DNA of 64,000 bases from Octopus bimaculoides. Taxonomy: Eukaryota. The notes under the pieces are model-generated. The model had not been told where the DNA came from, ran no database searches, and was given only the letters and a program-made list of their open reading frames with translations. Position numbers and translations under genes: made by a program. This document shows positions 10,996 through 22,745 of this stretch, one piece after another. The DNA lies in the NCBI RefSeq assembly GCF_001194135.2, contig NC_069008.1, positions 12,751,044 through 12,815,043 on the forward strand, given 5' to 3'. Numbering within the stretch: the first letter of the stretch is position 1; every line of letters begins with the position of its first letter.

Positions 10996-11724
10996 ATATT
11001 TTGTTAATCTGTCGTATTATTGACAGGCATATACTCAACGAATTGACGTGTCTAGCTGCTCTCTCCTTAATTAATCTACAACATTCTCACCCATTCATTA
11101 GTTTTATCTATCCTTCTTTTCCTCTGGATAATGTCTGTATCTTAACTATCTTAACAACATCAATGAACTATTGTGTATCATTTTGGCACAAGCAAGGATG
11201 TGTTGAACATGTTTATTTTTGTATATACATAGCAATGATGGTTTCTACAGAATGCTTTCGTTAAAAAAACTAACACTTCTGAGTTTATCACAGGTTAGCC
11301 TACATGTTGTTAAATAACTTCCTTTCGAAATTCTCCCTGGGCATATACCCAATTCACTGGTTTTGAATATGGAATTTTATTTCTGAAATTAAAGAATTTT
11401 GTATGCAAACAGCTGTAGGTAGAAATTTCTATGTATGAATTCGAATGTCTTTGAATAAAAATATCTGTACGTAAATTTTTATCCATTTTCTTCATTTCCG
11501 TATTTAAAAAGATTTATTTAAATACGTATATGTTTTGATGATAAACTAATATACTTGGTTTTCTCTGAACGCTGGTATAAACTGGTAAACTAGGATGCTT
11601 GCTTCCTTTAAGGGACTTTAGTTCCTTGACTAATTAAATGAAATATATATGTACATGTATATATACATAAATGTATATATATATATATATATATATACAT
11701 AGTTATATGTACACATGTATATAC

Positions 11725-11925
11725 ATCATCATCATCGTTTAACGTCCGCTTTCCATGCTAGCATGGGTTGGACGATTTGACTGAGGTCTGGTGAAACCAG
11801 ATGGCTGCACCAGGCTCCAATCTGATTTGGCAGAGTTTCTACAGCTGGATGCCCTCAGAGAGTGTAGTGGGTGCTTTTACGTGCCACCGGCACGAAGGCC
11901 AGTCAGGCGGTACTGGCAGCACATG
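11725..11925 (-). mobile_element. RTE-type LINE 3' end
   Basis: Near-identical to 10755-10995 with a small internal deletion. Confidence 0.85.
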
Positions 11926-11939
11926 TGTATATACATACA

Positions 11940-11976
<37 letters not shown>

Positions 11977-11988
11977 TATATACTTTTA

Positions 11989-12158
11989 NNNNNNNNNNNN
12001 NNNNNNNNNNNNNNNNNNNNNNNNNNNNNNNNNNNNNNNNNNNNNNNNNNNNNNNNNNNNNNNNNNNNNNNNNNNNNNNNNNNNNNNNNNNNNNNNNNNN
12101 NNNNNNNNNNNNNNNNNNNNNNNNNNNNNNNNNNNNNNNNNNNNNNNNNNNNNNNNNN
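11989..12158. other. Assembly gap (N run)
   Basis: N bases. Confidence 1.
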
Positions 12159-12403
12159 AGAAACAACCACAATAAGCCAAACCTATGCACATTTCAATAG
12201 GGTATCCCGGATAAATAAACCACATCATAAGATGTCTCGTAAAATATTGTAACAAATTACAACATATTACAAATTTCTGGATACTCCATCTCATCAGGGT
12301 CGCATTATTGCCATCACCAATACTACTATTATTAGCAAAACACACACATCATCCAAGAGGGTGAAAGAAATGTGCATAGGTTTGGCTTATTGTGGTTGTT
12401 TCT
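12159..12403 (-). mobile_element. Probable Penelope-like terminal repeat bracketed by a 37-bp perfect inverted repeat
   Basis: 12159-12195 is the exact reverse complement of 12367-12403. The internal minus strand has CCTGATGAGATGGAGTATCCAGAAA. Confidence 0.5.
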
Positions 12404-12839
12404 GTTATTATAATTGTTGCTGCAATAAAGTATCTTCAATGCATTGATTTTGAGCTCTATCCTTTAAGAGACATGTATACATATATATATATACATACAT
12501 ACATACTAGCTGGAAAATGCAATTCCATGAGTGATAATATTCCTAATTAATTGAAAAAGTGGAAGCTTAAAACTTTTGTAGCCGAAGTTGGAATTGAAAT
12601 AAAAATATACATTGCTTTTAGTTTCCTTCAAATGTGAAAGTATACCTCTTGTTTAGGTTCTAACCCTCCCAAAGAAAGAAATGCTATATGGGAGTGTCAT
12701 ATATTTATTCCTTATAAAATAAAATGTGGTGGATGATGGGAGAGTGGTGGGAGTGAAGTACTCTTATATGATTGAGATGTAGTCTGTCTTAAAAAAATTT
12801 AGAAATTTTAGCTACTTCTCATGTTTCTCCAAATATAGC

Positions 12840-12965
12840 TAAGTGGGTGCAGTGGTAAAGACAGACACAAGCGTGTATGTACACATGACAAGCTTCTGCA
12901 CAGTTGCCATCTACCAATTCCACTCAGAAGGAATTAGTCAGCCTGCTGCTTTAGTTGAAAATACT
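12840..12965 (-). mobile_element. tRNA-derived SINE fragment
   Basis: Diverged match to the middle of the 49940-50306 family. Confidence 0.55.
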
Positions 12966-13054
12966 TGCCCAAAATGATGATGATGATATTTCTTCTTAAA
13001 TTTCAGTGTTCCAAATCTGGTGCTAGGTAGTTTTGTTTTATTATTTTAATTAGT

Positions 13055-13240
13055 AATTATTTGTTGCTTAGCTGTCAAGTATTGTTAGCATCTGACAAAA
13101 CACTTCACAGTTCTGAGTTTAAATTCTGCCAACCTCAACTTTGCCTTTCATCCTTTTGGGTTTGATAAAATTATGTTCTGGTCAAGTACTGGGGTCTTTA
13201 CCCCATAAAATTGCTCACCTTGTGCTAGAAATTTGAACAT
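13055..13240 (+). mobile_element. tRNA-derived SINE, second family
   Basis: gttctgagtttaaattctgcc..aactttgcctttcatcctttt, as at 22575-22745, 38110-38310 and 45370-45535. Confidence 0.65.
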
Positions 13241-13619
13241 TATTTGTATTGATAAATTTTTATTGTTTGGTTAAAAAATAAAATGAATAAATCATTCTTA
13301 GCCGAACAATGAAAAACAATATATCATGTGACAATAGGAAATCTGTTTTCTACCTTAATTTAGTGATATTAGCAGAGAAACAAACAAGCCATAATTCTAA
13401 CGCTTCATGAAAACACCTCTATGACTCATCAATAGATTGCAAACTATGTAGAAATGAACGAAAGCAGTGTTACACAAATTATTATTCAGTACAAAAGCAC
13501 AGGAAGTGCAAACACTTGATAATAAAATTACGGTGGTCACAGTTGGGCATTTGATGAACATAGCTTTCATTATGTGAGGTGAATTTCAATCAAAAGACCT
13601 CAAAATACTTCAAGCGATG

Positions 13620-14330
13620 TTAAATCCAACATGGACCAAAAGGTTTCTACACCTGGATGCCCTGCCTCATGTCAACCACTACAAGAGTGTAGTGGGTGCC
13701 TTTTAACATGTCATTGGTATGGATGCTTTTATGTCACCGAAACCAGCTACAACTATGACTTCACTTGATGAGTCTTCTCAAGCATAGCATATTGCCAAAG
13801 GTCTCGATCACTTGTCATCGCTTCCATGAGAGTCAGCTTTCGAAGATCGAACTTCAACACCTTGTCCCATGTCTTGCTGGGTCTACCTCTTCCACAGTCA
13901 GAGATTGGCACTTCTTTACACATCTACCCTCATCCAATTGCATCATATGACCATACCAGTACAGTTGTTTCTCTTGCAACATCTGATGCCTCTTATGCCA
14001 AGTTTTTCTCTCAAAATACTTACACTCTGTTGTACATGCACACTGACATTGGACATTCAGCAAAGCATACTAGCTTCATTTCTTTCAAGCTTTTGCATGT
14101 CCTCTGTGGTCACAGCTCATGTTTCACTGCCAAGTATTATGACAGTTTGCACACAGGCATCATACAATCTACCTTTCACTCTGAGGGTGAGGTCCTATAT
14201 TACCAACAAAGGTAGAAGCTTTCTGAACTTTGCCCAACCTATTCTTATTTTAGCAGTTATGCTCTCAGAGCATCCATCTGTTGCTGATTTGGTCACTTAG
14301 ATAATGGAAGTTATTAACTACTTCTAGGTA
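13620..14330 (-). mobile_element. RTE-type LINE 3' fragment
   Basis: Remnant translation EKQLYWYGHMMQLDEGRCVKKCQSLTV, followed by 3' UTR motifs. Confidence 0.8.
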
Positions 14331-15499
14331 TCCCCACTAGCATTTGATGGAGTTTATTTTCTGTACATTTCTAGTGTTTTTTGCACCTGCACATCTGCCA
14401 CACACAAAGATTATTTTCCCTGTTAACCTTCCCCTGATAATGCTGCACCTCTTATGTGTCCTCATATTTGAAATAAAAATAATACTTTTCACATATAATA
14501 ATTTGGCAATCCTGTATCTTTTACTTGTTTCAGACATTGAATTGTAGCCATGCTGGATCACAACTCTGGAGGGTTTAAGTTGAAAAAAAATGTACACAGT
14601 ATATATATGTATTAAGTCTGGTACTTATTCTGTGCATCTGCTTTATTGAGACTTTAAGTTACAGAGACAGAGAGAAACCAGCATGCCAGGTGTTGGTGAT
14701 ACAAAGACACATACACAATCTGCTGGGCACACAAGCCCGATTAACTTCTTTCTCCTTCTGCATATCCTTCCTCTTGATTCCTCCTCCCCTACATAATCTC
14801 TACCCCACTTACTCATCCCATAACCATACTTTTATTTATTCATTTTTTTTTTTTTTTGTTTCCTCCTGATATAAGCCAAAAAATAAGGTCTGGAAGACGC
14901 ACAATGTAAGAATACACCTTCGATGCAAGTCTTATGAAGTGCCTCTCCAATGCCTAAAATCACAAACATTATGTAAATTTTTGTTTCGAATTTTTGTGTA
15001 AATAGGCCTTGCAAATAGAGTTGGTTTAGAAAAAATTGTAATGAGCCTTTCTCTTCCTAACATTTCCTCTTCATAAACTACGATTGTTTTCCAATCCCCT
15101 TCCTGCTCTCACTGTATTGCTGCTCCCCACCCAGGTTCTATGCTCAAATCCTTGTTACTTGTGAGTATATCCTTGCACTACATCATCTCTCTTCTACTCT
15201 CTTACACCTTTGCTATTTACTACTCTCTCTCTCTCTCCTTCTCGTTTTTCCTGACTAGGTAACCAAGTATTTTCTTTACATCAACATACTTGTTTCTCTC
15301 TCACTGGGTGACCATGTACCTCCTCTATAGCAAGACACCTATTTCTCTAGGTTAGACTAACCTTTCATCATCTGATACTGGGCCACCTCCTCTAATGCCG
15401 CCTCTGTTGTGGCAAGACACTTGCCTTGTCACACTCTAACCTTTCATCCTCTGACACAAGTTCCCCTCCTCAAATGCCCCTACCCTTCTCATAATTCCT

Positions 15500-15812
15500 T
15501 GACTTGTGAGTTACTTGGCGACCCTGCCAGTGCTGGTGCCATGTTAAAAGCACCCAGTCCTCACTGTAATGTGGTTGGTGTTTGGAAGAGCATCCAGCTG
15601 TAAAAGTCATGCTGAAACTAACCTCACCTGTGCTAGTGCTACATAAAAAGCACAGAGTCCACTCTGCAGAGTGGCTGGTGTTAGGGAGGGCATCCAGCTG
15701 TAAAATCCCTGCCAAAACAGACACAGTAGCATAGGGTAGTTTTCCTAGCTGGCCGGTTCCTGTCGACCATCCTACCCATGCATGGAAGAGGGACGTTAAA
15801 TGATGATGATGA
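15500..15812 (+). mobile_element. RTE-type LINE 3' UTR ending in (GAT)n
   Basis: ggaagagcatccagctgtaaaa ... ggacgttaaatgatgatgatgat, followed by (TA)n at 15815-15866. Confidence 0.75.
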
Positions 15813-15813
15813 T

Positions 15814-15869
<56 letters not shown>

Positions 15870-16034
15870 TTTAAGTTCGTTTATAAGAAACGTTTTGAAT
15901 ATTCATATAAAAGCTCCCATGAATGCATGTCCATGAGCTACACAATGTACATGGAGACTATGGACTACACAGTAATCATCCCAGGAATACAAACTATGAT
16001 CTTAAAAAACATGAGACTTCTGGAAACACATATG

Positions 16035-16282
16035 GCAATACATTATTTACAATTGACGGATATTTGTCCTCATCTTGTTTGTAGTTAACACAATGTTTCG
16101 GCTGATATACCCTCCAGCCTTTATCAGGTCTCTTGGGGAAATTTCAAACCTGGGTTCTCATTCTTAAGGTATTTTTTCGATGTTTTTTTTGTTGTTGTTC
16201 TTATTATTATTCAGGTTGCTGCTTGGAATCGAACTCGGAATCTTGGGGTTAGTAGCCCGTGCTCTTAACCACTACGCCATAC
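16035..16282 (-). mobile_element. tRNA-headed SINE with a Penelope-like, hammerhead-like tail
   Basis: Minus strand: A box TGGCGTAGTGG (16269-16279), B box GTTCGATTC (16226-16234), A-rich spacer, then CCTGATAAAGGCTGGAGGGTATATCAGCCGAAAC. Confidence 0.65.
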
Positions 16283-16420
16283 GTGTCCATTGCTTGTACT
16301 GGATATACTGTATCGAATTTCTACCTACACCTTTCTAACATATTGAGCAGGTCATTTCCCTGAAGGGATTAGTAACTTGTCTGCTTTCTTACATATTGGG
16401 ATTTTGGTCTTTGCTTAATT

Positions 16421-16681
16421 CAGGGGTTTTCAAACTGTGGTCCACAAGGACAAGACAGGGGTTTGGACAGCAAATACTTTTTATGGGCAATTTGATTTTA
16501 TATATGCTTTTTAATTGAAATCTTTTAATTGACAATAAACCTATTTTGTTAAATAGTTAAATAAATAAATGTAAAAATATGTTATTTTAAGCAAATATTT
16601 ATGTATAAATTTCATAAGCGTCCCCAAGGTAAAGCCTGAAATATAAAGGGGTCCGCAAGTCAAAAAGTTTGAAAACCCCTG
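16421..16681. mobile_element. hAT (Charlie-like) MITE, 261 bp
   Basis: Perfect 16-bp TIR CAGGGGTTTTCAAACT. The 8-bp flanks GCTTAATT and GTTTAGTT match at 6 of 8 positions. Confidence 0.8.
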
Positions 16682-17066
16682 GTTTAGTTAACTCTAAAGG
16701 TCCCTTGATTCCAGGCTTTGCTTCTACACCTGAAATTTCTTCTTTAATTCCATTCAATGCTATCTATGTTACTGACTTTGGTATCCCTGACAGCATCATT
16801 GGATGGTTCTCACCAATCATTCATCTACCCCAAGATTCTACAGCAACTGCCAGATACCAGACAGAAGTTAGCTGTCGAGTAATTTCTCCATGCTGACATA
16901 TATACAATAACAAACACAAAAGATCTACAAAAAAAAAAATAGCTGAGTAAACAATACCATGAATTTGGATCATAAAAATGAATAAATTTATATAAAATAC
17001 CATACAAGAGAACTTCATCATTTATTGAAACTGTCGACAACCTGAATTTTCATACTGATAGAGTTA

Positions 17067-18179
17067 CTATAGTATATGAATAGCTACATGTTTTGTTAAG
17101 TGAATCCTTTGAGGAAATGATTTGCCACAGATATAACATTGGTATGGTTTCTCTCCTGTATGAATACGCACATGTGTAGTTAAATGGCTTGTTTTAGAGA
17201 AAGCTTTGTCACAGATATCACACTTGTATGGCTTTTCTCCTGTATGAATACGTATGTGTGTAGATAATTGGCTTGTTTTAGAGAATGCTTTACCACAGAT
17301 ATTACAGTGAAATGGCTTCTCCCCTGTATGACTTCGTTTATGTTCAGTTAAGCGATCGTTTCGAGAGAAAGATTTACCACAGATACCACAATGATATGGC
17401 CTCTCTCCCGTGTGAATATGTTTGTGTTTAGTTAAATCACCACTCTGAGAGAATGATTTCCCACAGATGTCACAGTGATATGGTTTCTCTCCTGTGTGAA
17501 TACGTTTGTGTATAGCCATGTTATTTCCCAGAGAGAATGATTTACCACAGATATCACAGTGATATGGCTTCTCTCCTGTGTGAATATGTTTATGTACAAC
17601 TAAATGATCATTTCGAGAAAATGATTTACCACATATATCACAGTGATATTGTTTCTCACCAGTGTGAATATACTTGTGTTTAGTTAAATCACCACTTTGA
17701 GAGAATGATTTACTACAAATATCACAATGATATGGCTTCTCTCCTGTATGAATATGTTTGTGTTTAGTTAAATCACTGCTTCCAGAGAATGCTTTACCAC
17801 AGATATCACAATGATATGGTTTCTCTCCTGTATGAATACGTTTGTGTTTAGTTAAGGTACCTCTCACAGCGAATGAATTACCACAGATATCACAGTGATA
17901 TGGCTTCTCTCCAGTATGAATACGTTTGTGATTAGTTAGGACACTACTTACTGAGAAAGATTTACCACAGATATCACAATGATATGGTTTCTCTCCTGTA
18001 TGAATACGCTTATGTGTTGTCAAGTTAGAATTTTCAGAGAACGATTTACCACAAATATCACATTGATGTGGTTTCTCTCCTGCATGAATACGTTTGTGTG
18101 ATGTTAAGCGACCAGCTTCTGAGAATAATTTTCCACAAATATCACAGTGGTATGATGTTTTCCCTTTCTCTTTATTCAT
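17067..18179 (-). CDS. C2H2 zinc-finger protein ZNF-A2, 370 aa, 13 fingers
   Basis: Intact [18 protein letters not shown]... with TGEKP linkers. AATAAA on the minus strand at 17021-17026, about 40 nt past the stop. Confidence 0.93.
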   Translation of the reverse strand: MNKEKGKTSYHCDICGKLFSEAGRLTSHKRIHAGEKPHQCDICGKSFSENSNLTTHKRIHTGEKPYHCDICGKSFSVSSVLTNHKRIHTGEKPYHCDICGNSFAVRGTLTKHKRIHTGEKPYHCDICGKAFSGSSDLTKHKHIHTGEKPYHCDICSKSFSQSGDLTKHKYIHTGEKQYHCDICGKSFSRNDHLVVHKHIHTGEKPYHCDICGKSFSLGNNMAIHKRIHTGEKPYHCDICGKSFSQSGDLTKHKHIHTGERPYHCGICGKSFSRNDRLTEHKRSHTGEKPFHCNICGKAFSKTSQLSTHIRIHTGEKPYKCDICDKAFSKTSHLTTHVRIHTGEKPYQCYICGKSFPQRIHLTKHVAIHIL

Positions 18180-18531
18180 ATCACCAGGAAACTTTTTTTT
18201 TTTTTACCACAACATTGAAATATTTATCTTCTTTTAATTAATGTATTTTATTCCTGATAAGTATTTTTACCACTGTAATTTTTGTCAACAACTGGATTGA
18301 GTTGTAAACTCCATGTTATATTTGTATATGTGCAAATTTAATTCAAATGTAAAATCTTGCTCACATTCCAGTCAGGAGAGAACAGAATTTTTGTTATAAA
18401 TCTCAGTTCAGAGAAAATATTTGCATGTAATTTTCCACAAAGGTATATCTATTCAGCGCAACATTTTCTTTGTATCATTAAAAGATAAATATTGATGATG
18501 TATATAATTGTTTGGTACCAATGTCATTATT

Positions 18532-18640
18532 CTGAAAGAGTAGAGAAACAACAGTATAAGATACAGGGAAGACTTAAAATACAACAGAATAAATTTTAGT
18601 ATATTTCTTATAGAAACAAGCTGTAGAAATAAACATTTAC
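18532..18640 (-). other. Putative 109-bp 5'-UTR intron of ZNF-A2
   Basis: Reverse-complement homolog of 5008-5116 with CCAG|GTAAAT and TTTCAG|AATAAT. Confidence 0.55.
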
Positions 18641-18949
18641 CTGGACAATAGAACTGTTTTCCCTTATTTTCAAGATGTATATACCTGATCTGAATGTTTT
18701 TATGTAAACTATTTTCTGACTCATCACAGAGGATACACAAAACCTCAAACTTTTCTTATCATTATCAAAGACTATCACTTGATTTGAATACGTTTATCTA
18801 GACTAATTTTTGACACCACAGAGGATAGACAAAGCCTTTTTTAAATCAGTGAAACCAGTTAAGTTAATGATTACTTCTAAAAAAAACTCCTGCATTTTCA
18901 GATTCTATTCTTTATATTTTAACTCGTGTGATAACCCCCCAATTGTGTA

Positions 18950-19430
18950 TATTGTGTGTGTATTTGTCTGTCCCCACCCTCACTCCACTGGTTGACAACT
19001 GGGGCGATCTTACGGTACGAGTCCTAAATATCGGCCTTTTCAGTAAAAAGTGTCTTCGGCGATCTTTACCAAAGATCGCCCTTTTCCGTAACACCCGCAC
19101 GATCTTCACTACGGTGTTAGGGTTAGTGTTTAGGGACGGAATTCCCAAACCTAAACCCTTCAAAATAAATCGCGCTCTCTGTATGTCTTTCGCTTTTATG
19201 ACGTCGTTTCCCTGTTTCTCTCCAACCCTTTTTACGGAAAAGGCCGATATTTAGGACTCGTACCGTAAGATCGCCGACAACTGGTGTGGGGTTGATTGCA
19301 CCCCTGTAAATTAGCAGTTCGCTGAAAAATAGAACGTGCTCGTGACTTAAAAAGTAAATGCGTAGTAGGGTACACTTTAAAGTGTTGCCCCAGCATGGTC
19401 ACAGTCCATTGACTGAAACAAGTAAAAGAT
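18950..19430 (+). mobile_element. SINE body/tail split by a MITE
   Basis: ttgacaactgg..gtgt and cagcatggtcacagtcc..gactgaaacaagtaaaaga match the abundant SINE family. Confidence 0.6.
19003..19275. mobile_element. 273-bp MITE with 48-bp TIRs and a 9-bp TSD (Mutator- or Merlin-like)
   Basis: TIRs 19003-19050 and 19228-19275 differ at one base. TSD GACAACTGG at 18994-19002 and 19276-19284. Confidence 0.9.
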
Positions 19431-19891
19431 GTGAGTGCGAGTGTCTGTGTTTCCTCATCCACAGCTCGACAACCGGTGTTGGAATGTTTATATCCCAGTA
19501 ACATGGGTAGCTCAGCAAAACACACTGATTGATTAAGAACCATAATTGCTGCAACTGTTTCCAAAAGAGTAGATTACGATTATGAAGGAACTCGATGTGA
19601 ACAAATTTGGAATGCGGTCGGATAATTCACAGACCTTTGAAGTGTGTGACTTATCGCTAACATTATTCCTCCGCCCCCTACATCAAATTCCGATAGAATC
19701 ACAACGTATACCGTCTGAAAAGTATTTGTTGAAGATTTTATTTTAAAATACCCTGTTTTCACACGAGTGTAGCAGTTATCAGTTTAATCATTCCTTTTAG
19801 ACAAAAGTGGTGGAGAATGTTTTACCTCGTAATATTAAAGGGTTTCGTATTACCAATGTCCAACTATTTTACTAATATCATTATATCTTAC

Positions 19892-20060
19892 CTGTTATGC
19901 GTCATAAATTTGTGTTTATAATGAAATAGCTTTAATACACCTTCTTTAATGTCTGCTTCTTGACGCCATTCCACCAAAAGTAAACTTTCACAATAGATTT
20001 TATAAAAACCGACTCGGAAACATAAACGACGACATGTATTTAGTTTCTGTTTATAAGCTC
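19892..20060 (-). other. Putative non-coding first exon of ZNF-A2 (donor at 19891)
   Basis: Reverse-complement homolog of 385-531 with GCATAACAG|GTAAGAT. Confidence 0.7.
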
Positions 20061-20968
20061 GTATAAAATTACATATGTATTATTTCTCAAAGTTGTATTT
20101 AAAATATACAAACAGTCATTATGAAATGTACTAGATTTACGAAAATTTTACTCGAAATTTTAGAAAAAGTGGAATTCTGTAAATCTTTCTGCAATATCCA
20201 ATAGACTTGGATGGTACAATATAATTTGATACCATTAATCTGAATGTTTCTGAAGAATAATAAAGTATCGAGCTAGCTTTAAATGTATTAAAAAGAACAA
20301 ATGAAGCATCATTCTCACTTTAAATGCATTTCACAAATGAAGAACGCGATATACCAGGTGACAATGGTGAAATGTTTTAGTACGTTTCGTTTTCTCGATA
20401 TCGGTGTTTTAAGTTGTGTTGTGAAAAGTTAGTTCCAGATGAATGGCACCTTGAAATATTTAGATTAGCTATAATAAACATGGATTGAGGATGGGAGATA
20501 AAAATAATAAATTTATGGTGAATTACAAAGGAGTATTTTAGCTAGCAGTGGGGGAAGTAATAACTGATTTCTTTGATTGATTGTATAATACAACTAGCAT
20601 TAGATATGTAGCCTTCGCTATTTTTACTGAAGTATAAGTGAATAAATGACGATGTAAATCAATACAGAAAATTATACATTTATTAAAGTGGGATAACAAG
20701 GATTGCTGAAATATTAAATAATTCATCCATCATCTGTATGAAAAACAATACGTATATTATTGTTAACGTATCGAATAAGTGAAATATTTAAAAGTTAATA
20801 AATAAATTTTACAGTGAGAAAACATATTGTTAAAAGACTAATATTGTTTTATTTTTCCTCTGCAAATACAGAATACAATTTCAGACATCGTTCAGCCTTA
20901 CTTTTAATCTGTAATTGCTTACGAGCATCTTCAGGGAAACAGGAAGGAGTTTGGTTATACAAATAAAG

Positions 20969-21330
20969 TGGAGGCGCAATGGCCCAGTGGTTAGGGCAGC
21001 GGACTCGCGGTTTCGATACCCAAACCGGGCGTTGTGAGTGTTTATTGAGCGAAAACACCTAAAGCTCCACGAGGCCCCGGCAGGGGATGGTGACGAACCC
21101 TGCTGTACTCTTCCACCACAACTTTCTCTCACTCTTACTTCCTGTTTCTGTTGTGCCTGTAATTCAAAGGGCCAGCCTTGTCACGCTGAATATCCCCGAG
21201 AACTACGTTAAGGGTACACGTGTCTGTGGAGTGCTCAGCCACTTGCACGTTAATTTCACGAGCAGGCTGTTCCGTTGATCGGATCAACAGGAACCCTCGA
21301 CGTCGTAAGCGACGGAGTGCCAACATCAAC
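20969..21330 (+). mobile_element. Full-length tRNA-derived SINE with a 12-bp TSD
   Basis: A box TGGCCCAGTGG, B-box-like GTTTCGATAC, (CAA)-rich end. TSD ATACAAATAAAG at 20957-20968 and 21331-21342. Confidence 0.85.
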
Positions 21331-22574
21331 ATACAAATAAAGATATGTTAAAACAACCTCTCTAATACTACTTTGATAACAGTATGTCTTCCGTAATGGA
21401 AAAAGTTGTCAAGAACTCCCTCGTTTATCATCCGCAGTGTGTATCCTTTCTCTGTGACCATTACTACAGTTTTGTTGAATCGGATCTACCAGAGAATTAC
21501 ACTCAAACGTCATATACTTGTCTCCCGTCATTCTACCAAGTCTGGACTGAGAACTCCTTAGTCAAGACATTGAGTTTTATAACGGGGAAAGTTAAAAGAT
21601 CTGTATACTCATATCTCATTAAGTGTAAGTCCAGTTGGCTTAGAGATTATTTCCTTCATGACAATATGAGCACGTCATTTGAATTGTAAAATAAAATATC
21701 AGCTTTAAATCAAAAACGTCTGGTTATTACGGTCAGTTATATCTTTGTGTGGTATCTTTTACAAGTAACTTGGTCGCTGACAGCTACGTTTCTTGGTTGT
21801 GGGCATAACTGACATTTTAAACTACATTAAACATGGAGTTGTACTTTAAAAAGTGAATGTCCCCGATTGTTTTTTGTGCATGTTCATCTACAGATTCTCT
21901 CTCTCTCTTCGGAAATCAAAGAGAAAGAGGATAACTATGGACAACAACTTTGAAACCTTCTGCTTCTATACCCAACAGTAATAGGTCTTTCAACTTTTTC
22001 CATCACATTCTTATAATAGTGTACATTTTCAGAACGTGCTCCTCCACTACTATAATTTAAGTCACCTAGATAACAGAAACTATCTGCTACCTCGAAAAAT
22101 CTACTTAGCGTGTACCCTCTGTGTTTATAGCTCCACCCTATCTTTCAGAAACACTCATTTTTCTGGTAGCCTTCCTGCTTATTCCACAGCACCTTGTGTG
22201 CCCATTCGCTGCTCTGGATACACTGTATGCAGCGTTGGATTAACTATTAAGCAAAATAAGCACGTGCTTAGGGTATCAAGAGAAGGGGAAAGCGCCTTAG
22301 AAATGGTAAATGGTTTACGGCACAAAAGAAATCACTTTAAACTTATTGAAATATTCGGTATGCTTTTATCTCTACGAAGTGTAAATGCAGATGTGTTGCC
22401 CGCAAAGAACGCAATAGATAGATATCACGTGCCAAGGGAGCTGGAGAACTCGCGCTTAATCGGGAAAATTTTCCTTGTAGTGTCATTCATGCACTGCTGA
22501 GGTACGATACATGACAATGTTAGCCGTGGAGAATAGAATATCCTCCCTACTGAAGGCACCACCCTGAAAGGGAG

Positions 22575-22745
22575 GGGACTAGTCGATTACATCGAACCCA
22601 ATGTTTCACTGGTACTGAAATTATCGACCCCAAAAGGATGAAAGGCAAAGTCGACCTCGGCGGAATTTGAACTCAGAACGCAGCCACGGGCGAAATACCA
22701 CAAAGCATTTTGCTCGGTATGCTAACGATTCTGCCAGCTCGCCGC
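22575..22745 (-). mobile_element. tRNA-derived SINE, second family
   Basis: Reverse complement reads gagctggcagaatcgttagca...gttctgagttcaaattccgccgaggtcgactttgcctttcatcc. Confidence 0.8.

Noticed and set aside
16215-16282. tRNA-like sequence (also 20970-21030, 35332-35400)
   Set aside because: A and B boxes are present, but there is no complete cloverleaf or acceptor stem and they continue into SINE bodies. They are SINE heads, not tRNA genes.
22036-22500. 154-aa ORF between the divergent A2 and A3 first exons
   Set aside because: Non-ATG start, no recognisable domain, and adjacent to repeat tails; no support as a gene.
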